60,510 nucleotides of DNA from a virus (Duplodnaviria > Caudoviricetes). The stretch covers positions 1-60,510 of IMG/VR virus record IMGVR_UViG_3300034012_000174. The stretch is one strand, 5' to 3'. A program made the translations under genes and the position numbers. The notes beneath the pieces were generated by a model that saw only the letters and a program-made list of their open reading frames with translations, ran no database searches and was not told the origin of the DNA. This document shows positions 54,995-60,510 of the stretch, piece after piece; the stretch's first letter is position 1, and each line of letters begins with the position of its first letter.

Positions 54995-56504
54995 CGTCTC
55001 CCTCAAGGACATTCCTAACATCCTGCCGCTACTGTCGTTGCCGGAGCAGGAGAAACTACTCGCTGAACTCGAAAAACTCCAAGAACTCAAGATGCGCAAA
55101 CTGGCGCAGACTAAGTTTCTGGCCTTCGTTAAAGAGGTCTGGCCTACATTTATCAGTGGTAAACACCACGCCAAGATGGCAGCGGCCTTCGAGCGAGTAG
55201 CCGAGGGCAAGTGCAAGAGGCTCATTATCAACATGCCTCCCCGGCATACTAAGTCCGAGTTTGCCTCATACCTGCTTCCGGCATGGTTCCTCGGCAAATT
55301 TCCACACAAGAAGGTCATCCAGACCTCCCACACGGCAGAACTGGCTGTGGGCTTCGGACGTAAAGTTAGAAACTTGGTGGACCAAGAGGTGTATGCAAAG
55401 ATTTTTCCGGGGGTTGGGCTGCAAGCCGACTCAAAAGCGGCTGGACGCTGGGCGACAAACAAGCAAGGTGACTACTTCGCTATCGGTGTGGGCGGTGCGG
55501 TGACCGGTAAAGGTGCTGACCTGCTCATCATCGACGACCCACACAGTGAACAAGAGGCCGCGCTGGCGGAAACTAACCCCGAGATATACGACAAGACCTA
55601 CGAGTGGTACACATCAGGCCCTCGGCAGCGTCTGCAACCGGGTGGAGCCATCGTGATCGTGATGACGCGGTGGTCAAAGAAGGATTTGACGGGCCAAGTT
55701 ATCAAGGCAGAGGCCCAACGGGGCGGCGAAGAGTGGGAAGTCATCGACTTTCCGGCTATTTTGCCCTCTGGAAACCCCCTGTGGCCTGAGTTTTGGTCAC
55801 TTATTGAGTTGCAAGCCCTCCAAAAAGAACTCCCAAACAGCAAGTGGATGGCGCAGTACATGCAGCAGCCCACTTCGGAGACCTCCGCCATCGTCAAACG
55901 TGACTGGTGGCAAGAATGGGATCGGGATGACCCACCGTTCTGTGACTTTACCCTGATGTCATGGGATACGGCCTTCGAGAAGTCCAACCGTGCTGACTAT
56001 TCAGCCTGTACGACGTGGGGTGTGTTCTACCAAGAGAACCCCGATACGGGCAAAACAGATACAAACATCATCCTCCTAAATGCCTTCCGAGACCGGATGG
56101 AGTTTCCAGAACTCAAACGAGTGGCTATCGAGCACTACAAAGAGTGGCAACCCGACTCCGTGATAATCGAGAAAAGAGCATCGGGGGCACCCTTGATATA
56201 CGAGTTGCGAGCGATGGGCATACCAGTCCAAGAGTTCACTCCAGTCAAAGGTAACGATAAGATTTCGAGATTGAATGCGGTGTCTGACTTATTCGCCTCT
56301 GGGCGGGTATGGGCACCCAACACCCATTGGGCAGAAGAGGTCATTGATGAGGTTGCCAGTTTCCCCTCCGGCGAGCATGATGACTATGTTGACTCGGTAT
56401 CTCTTGCGTTAATGAGATTCCGTAAAGGCGGCTATATCCGTACCTCACTCGATGAGGAAGATGAGCCGATAATGTTCAGACGCAAGTTTGAGGGGTATTA
56501 CTAA
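54966..56504 (+). CDS. terL: Terminase large subunit
   Basis: MPPRHTKS Walker A, LIIDDP Walker B, MTRW, SWDTA, IEKRASG, HDDYVDS nuclease motifs. Confidence 0.93.
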   Translation: MTTAQQALSNVSLKDIPNILPLLSLPEQEKLLAELEKLQELKMRKLAQTKFLAFVKEVWPTFISGKHHAKMAAAFERVAEGKCKRLIINMPPRHTKSEFASYLLPAWFLGKFPHKKVIQTSHTAELAVGFGRKVRNLVDQEVYAKIFPGVGLQADSKAAGRWATNKQGDYFAIGVGGAVTGKGADLLIIDDPHSEQEAALAETNPEIYDKTYEWYTSGPRQRLQPGGAIVIVMTRWSKKDLTGQVIKAEAQRGGEEWEVIDFPAILPSGNPLWPEFWSLIELQALQKELPNSKWMAQYMQQPTSETSAIVKRDWWQEWDRDDPPFCDFTLMSWDTAFEKSNRADYSACTTWGVFYQENPDTGKTDTNIILLNAFRDRMEFPELKRVAIEHYKEWQPDSVIIEKRASGAPLIYELRAMGIPVQEFTPVKGNDKISRLNAVSDLFASGRVWAPNTHWAEEVIDEVASFPSGEHDDYVDSVSLALMRFRKGGYIRTSLDEEDEPIMFRRKFEGYY

Positions 56505-56515
56505 AAGGACACATC

Positions 56516-58963
56516 ATGGCAATAGATAAAGCACTAGCACAAGCCCCGATGGGGTTAACCGATCTGTTAGAAGGCCAAGAGCCTGATATTGAGATTGAGA
56601 TTGAAGACCCAGAGGAAGTAAAAATTCGTGCTGGTGGTCTTGAAATTGAGATCGAACCGGCTGAAAAAGAGGACGATGACTTCGGTGCCAACCTTGCGGA
56701 AGAAATGGACGACAAGGTCTTGGCGGAACTCGCGGGTAATCTGCTAGGCGACTTTGATGAGGACATATCGTCACGTAAAGACTGGATGCAGACTTATACC
56801 GACGGTCTTGAGTTGCTAGGTATGAAGATCGAAGATCGTACCGAGCCTTGGCCCGGAGCATGCGGTGTGTATCACCCGCTACTGTCTGAAGCACTGGTAA
56901 AGTTCCAAGCCGAGACCATGATGGAGACATTCCCAGCCAGTGGGCCGGTGCGCACGCAGATTATTGGTAAAGAGACTGCCGAGAAGCGCGAAGCCGCTAT
57001 TCGTGTCAAAGATGACATGAACTACGAGTTGACCGAGGTAATGGTCGAGTATCGCCCTGAGCATGAGCGCATGCTGTGGGGTTTGGGTCTGGCTGGTAAT
57101 GCCTTCAAGAAGGTGTACTTCGATCCGTCATTGAATCGCCAGACGGCAGTGTTCGTTCCCGCAGAAGATATTGTGGTGCCCTACGGCGCGTCAAACATCG
57201 AGACTGCCGAGCGTGTAACTCACGTTATGCGCAAGACCCCTAACGAGTTGCGCAAACTTCAAGTAGCGGGCTTCTACCTTGACGTTGAGTTGGGTGAGCC
57301 ACAAGATACCTTCGACGAGGTTGAGAAGAAGATTGCCGAGAAGATGGGCTTCCGTGCTTCTCAGGATGACCGCTACAAACTGTTGGAGATGCACGTTGAC
57401 ATCGACCTCGAAGGTTACGAGGACAAAGATGAGGATGGTGAATCAACAGGCATCGCTCTACCTTATGTGGTGACTATCGAAAAGTCTACGCAGACTATTC
57501 TTGCAATCCGCCGCAACTGGAACCCCGACGATGAGACTAAACAGAAGCGGAACCACTTCATCCACTACCCATATATTCCGGGTTTTGGCTTCTATGCCTT
57601 TGGCCTTATTCATCTTATCGGCGCTTTTGCTAAGTCTGGTACTAGCATTATTCGTCAGTTGGTGGATGCTGGTACTCTCTCCAACCTACCGGGTGGCTTC
57701 AAGACGAAGGGTCTACGGGTCAAGGGGGATGACACGCCGATTGCCCCCGCAGAGTTCCGCGACGTTGACGTAACCAGCGGTACGATCAAGGACAACATCA
57801 TGACGCTCCCCTACAAGGAGCCGTCCCAAGTCCTGTACTCGTTGCTCGGTACCATCGTTGAAGAAGGACGCCGCTTTGCAGCAGCCGCTGATCTCAAGGT
57901 CAGTGACATGTCTGCTCAGGCTCCAGTAGGTACAACGCTGGCGATTCTTGAGCGCACGCTAAAAGTGATGTCTGCTGTTCAGGCTCGCATTCACTATGCG
58001 ATGAAGCAAGAGTTCCGCTTGCTCAAGAACATCATCCGTGACTACACCCCCGAGGACTACGACTACGAGCCGTACGATGCGACGCCGCATGCCAAGCGTA
58101 GCGACTACGACATGGTGGAGGTCATTCCGGTATCGGACCCCAACGCCGCGACTATGTCGCAGAAGGTGGTTCAGTACCAAGCCGTGATGCAACTGGCGCA
58201 GACTGCGCCTCAACTGTATGACTTGCCCTACCTGCATCGTCAGATGCTGGAGGTGCTGGGCATTAAGAACGCTGCGAAACTGGTGCCGATGGAGGATGAC
58301 TTCAAGCCGCGTGATCCTGTCTCTGAAAACATGGACATGATTAACGGCAAGCCTGTCAAAGCCTTCATCTACCAAGACCATGAGGCACACATCACCGTGC
58401 ACATGGCTGCGGCGCAAGACCCCAAGATTGCGCAGTTGATCGGTCAAAGCCCGAACGCTCGCACTATCCAAGCAGCATTGGCTGCACACATCCAAGAACA
58501 CCTTGCCTTCGAGTATCGCAAACAGATCGAAGAGGCTGCTGGTGTGCCTTACCCCGCTCCGGACTCCGAGATGTCGGAAGACACCGAAGTGCAAATCTCT
58601 CGTCTGGCTGCTGCCGCTGCCCAGCAAGTTCTCCAAAAGAACAAAGCCTCGGTTGCGCAGGAACAGGCGATGCAAGCCGCACAAGACCCTATTGTGCAAA
58701 TGCAGCAAGCCGAACTTCAGATCAAGCAACAAGAAGCCGAGATCAAGAAGCAAAAACTTGTCATCGACGCCGCCGCCAAAAAGGATCAACTGGCTGTCGA
58801 ACGAGAGCGTATTGCTGCACAGAAAGAAATCGCAGGTGCCCAGATTGGCGCAAAGGTTGGTATCGACAAAGCCAAACAACAAGCCGAGGGTATGCGCATA
58901 GGTATGGAACTCGCCCGCGAGGCGAAACAAGATTTGCAACCACCGAAGAAGGAGAATGAATGA
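56516..58963 (+). CDS. Portal protein
   Basis: Follows TerL; GNAFKKVYFD, PGFGFYAFGLI, RQLVDAG; C-terminal Gln-rich coiled-coil barrel. Confidence 0.85.
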   Translation: MAIDKALAQAPMGLTDLLEGQEPDIEIEIEDPEEVKIRAGGLEIEIEPAEKEDDDFGANLAEEMDDKVLAELAGNLLGDFDEDISSRKDWMQTYTDGLELLGMKIEDRTEPWPGACGVYHPLLSEALVKFQAETMMETFPASGPVRTQIIGKETAEKREAAIRVKDDMNYELTEVMVEYRPEHERMLWGLGLAGNAFKKVYFDPSLNRQTAVFVPAEDIVVPYGASNIETAERVTHVMRKTPNELRKLQVAGFYLDVELGEPQDTFDEVEKKIAEKMGFRASQDDRYKLLEMHVDIDLEGYEDKDEDGESTGIALPYVVTIEKSTQTILAIRRNWNPDDETKQKRNHFIHYPYIPGFGFYAFGLIHLIGAFAKSGTSIIRQLVDAGTLSNLPGGFKTKGLRVKGDDTPIAPAEFRDVDVTSGTIKDNIMTLPYKEPSQVLYSLLGTIVEEGRRFAAAADLKVSDMSAQAPVGTTLAILERTLKVMSAVQARIHYAMKQEFRLLKNIIRDYTPEDYDYEPYDATPHAKRSDYDMVEVIPVSDPNAATMSQKVVQYQAVMQLAQTAPQLYDLPYLHRQMLEVLGIKNAAKLVPMEDDFKPRDPVSENMDMINGKPVKAFIYQDHEAHITVHMAAAQDPKIAQLIGQSPNARTIQAALAAHIQEHLAFEYRKQIEEAAGVPYPAPDSEMSEDTEVQISRLAAAAAQQVLQKNKASVAQEQAMQAAQDPIVQMQQAELQIKQQEAEIKKQKLVIDAAAKKDQLAVERERIAAQKEIAGAQIGAKVGIDKAKQQAEGMRIGMELAREAKQDLQPPKKENE

Positions 58964-59154
58964 GTGATGACCTTCTAACGTATCTCTCAAAAAAGATACG
59001 TGATGAGCAAAAACTCATCGAAGAAGATTTGGTAATAGGTAAAGCCAAGGACTACGGCGCGTATCAACATGCGTGCGGTGTGTACCGTGGCCTGCTAATT
59101 GCCAACAATATGCTGCTTGAAACCAAAGAAAGGATGGAGAACTCAGATGACTGA
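58960..59154 (+). CDS. Small helical head-module protein
   Basis: DY..Y...CG.YRGL. Confidence 0.65.
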   Translation: MSDDLLTYLSKKIRDEQKLIEEDLVIGKAKDYGAYQHACGVYRGLLIANNMLLETKERMENSDD

Positions 59155-59557
59155 AATTTTAATTGGGCAGGACGCAACTGACCCAAACAACACAACCGTG
59201 CTGCCCCAAACGGCAGAAGAGAAGGCCAAGCAACTGCCGCAACCTTCCGGCTATCGCATTCTCTGCGCAATTCCAGAGATTGAGAACACGTATGAAAGCG
59301 GGATTGTCAAAGCCGACATCACGCTACAGCACGAAGAACTTCTGACTACGGTGTTATTCGTAGTGAAGTTGGGTCCAGATTGCTTTAAGGACGAAAAGCG
59401 TTTTCCAAGTGGCCCTTGGTGCAAGGAGGGGGACTTTATTTTGGTCCGTCCCCATGCAGGCACAAGGCTAAAAATTCACGGACAAGAGTTCCGCATCATC
59501 AACGACGACAGTGTTGAGGGGGTTGTTCAAGACCCTCGCGGCATTTCGCGCAAATAA
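59147..59557 (+). CDS. GroES-like co-chaperonin
   Basis: P.GYRIL...ESGI...VVKLGPD...KEGD.IL...AGT.LKI.G.E.RIINDD.V.GVV. Confidence 0.85.
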   Translation: MTEILIGQDATDPNNTTVLPQTAEEKAKQLPQPSGYRILCAIPEIENTYESGIVKADITLQHEELLTTVLFVVKLGPDCFKDEKRFPSGPWCKEGDFILVRPHAGTRLKIHGQEFRIINDDSVEGVVQDPRGISRK

Positions 59558-59567
59558 GGAGTGACAC

Positions 59568-60510
59568 ATGCCTCTACCTAAACCCCCAGAAGCAAAGGAC
59601 GATTTCGAGTTTGAAATCGAAGGTCAAGAACAGGCCAAACCACCTGTCGAAACTAAGGGTAAACCCGCACAACAGGAACCCGAAGTCGAGATTGTTGACG
59701 ATACGCCTGAAGAGGATCGTGACCCAGTAACGGGTCGCGTCCGTGAGCCACTCCCGAAAGAAATCGTTGATGAACTAGAGCAAGACGAACTTGAGGACTA
59801 CTCGGAAAAGGTAAAGATTCGTCTCAAGCAGATGAAGAAAGTCTGGCATGACGAGCGTCGTGCTAAAGAGGCGGCTCTACGCGAGCAGCAAGAAGCAATA
59901 ACTCTTGCCCAGCGTATTGTCGAAGAGAATAAACGCCTCAAGACTCAACTCACTGCTGGCGAACAGTCCTATATTGACACGGTTAAAAACGCTGTCGAAC
60001 TTGAGTTGGAAATGGCGAAGCGAGCCTATAAAGAGGCTTACGACTCCGGGGATGCTGACCAGATCATGGCAGCGCAGGAAAAATTTAATACTGCGTCTTT
60101 CAAGATGCAGCAAGTAAATAATTACCGACCCCCTTTACAAACTCAAGAAATTGAGGTAAATACTGTACCTGAGAAGGTGCAAGTTCCGACTCCAGATTCC
60201 AAGACCCTTGCGTGGCAAGAGCGCAATCCTTGGTGGGGGACGGACCCAGAGATGACTGCTTTGGCCCTTGGCTTCCATCAAAAACTGGAACGCGAAGAAG
60301 GTAAACAGTATGTCGGCACCGATGATTACTGGCGTCGTATTGACAGTACAATGCGGCGTCGATTCCCTGAGTACTTCGGTACTTCAGAGAGTGAAGCACA
60401 AACGACTAACGGGGGCGGCAAGCCCGTTACGCGCACAGAAAGTAAGCCTGCCACAGTGGTTGCTCCGGCATCCCGAAGCACGTCTTCCAAGCGGATTGTG
60501 CTGAAACAAT
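59568..60510 (+). CDS. Putative capsid scaffolding protein (about 340 aa, spans the junction to position 207)
   Basis: AAGGAG RBS; acidic N-terminus and coiled coil; open to the end of the window; lies between GroES and the capsid genes. Confidence 0.75.
   Translation, partial: MPLPKPPEAKDDFEFEIEGQEQAKPPVETKGKPAQQEPEVEIVDDTPEEDRDPVTGRVREPLPKEIVDELEQDELEDYSEKVKIRLKQMKKVWHDERRAKEAALREQQEAITLAQRIVEENKRLKTQLTAGEQSYIDTVKNAVELELEMAKRAYKEAYDSGDADQIMAAQEKFNTASFKMQQVNNYRPPLQTQEIEVNTVPEKVQVPTPDSKTLAWQERNPWWGTDPEMTALALGFHQKLEREEGKQYVGTDDYWRRIDSTMRRRFPEYFGTSESEAQTTNGGGKPVTRTESKPATVVAPASRSTSSKRIVLKQ
60384..60510. repeat. Terminal direct repeat, copy of 1-127
   Basis: Exact match to the first 127 nt. Confidence 0.95.

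Overview
This window looks like a complete, circularly assembled tailed dsDNA phage genome of about 60,383 bp. Bases 1-127 recur exactly at 60384-60510, and the scaffold gene reads across that junction. The + strand arm (54.3 kb, through the junction, to 32.5 kb) is the late module. It holds terminase, portal, a GroES-like protein, scaffold, a Mu-gpT-like major capsid protein followed by a pseudoknotted RNA, small basic proteins, adaptor/nozzle, fibres, lysis genes and large internal (ejection) proteins, a podovirus-like layout. The - strand arm (53.7 to 32.6 kb) carries early host-takeover genes (AAA ATPase, metallopeptidase-vWA, many microproteins) and then replication genes (PolA, nucleases, SNF2 helicase, SSB-like protein, primase-helicase). 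I saw no integrase, RNA polymerase, tRNA or CRISPR array. The most striking unexplained signal is a 15-bp palindrome, CCTAACA(A/T)TGTTAGG. It occurs 17 times, all within the ~9 kb early region (44962-53837), and about half the copies are embedded in coding sequence. Its half-site also builds an origin-like inverted array at 52.5-52.8 kb. That early operon ends in a ribbon-helix-helix gene and an unannotated secreted 4-Cys peptide. Other points of interest are a recurrent [MFYL]xxGG motif in internal proteins, a methyltransferase-Maf-like fusion inside the tail module, and an inserted LpxO/AspH-like dioxygenase. All family assignments come from motif recognition by eye, not from database searches.
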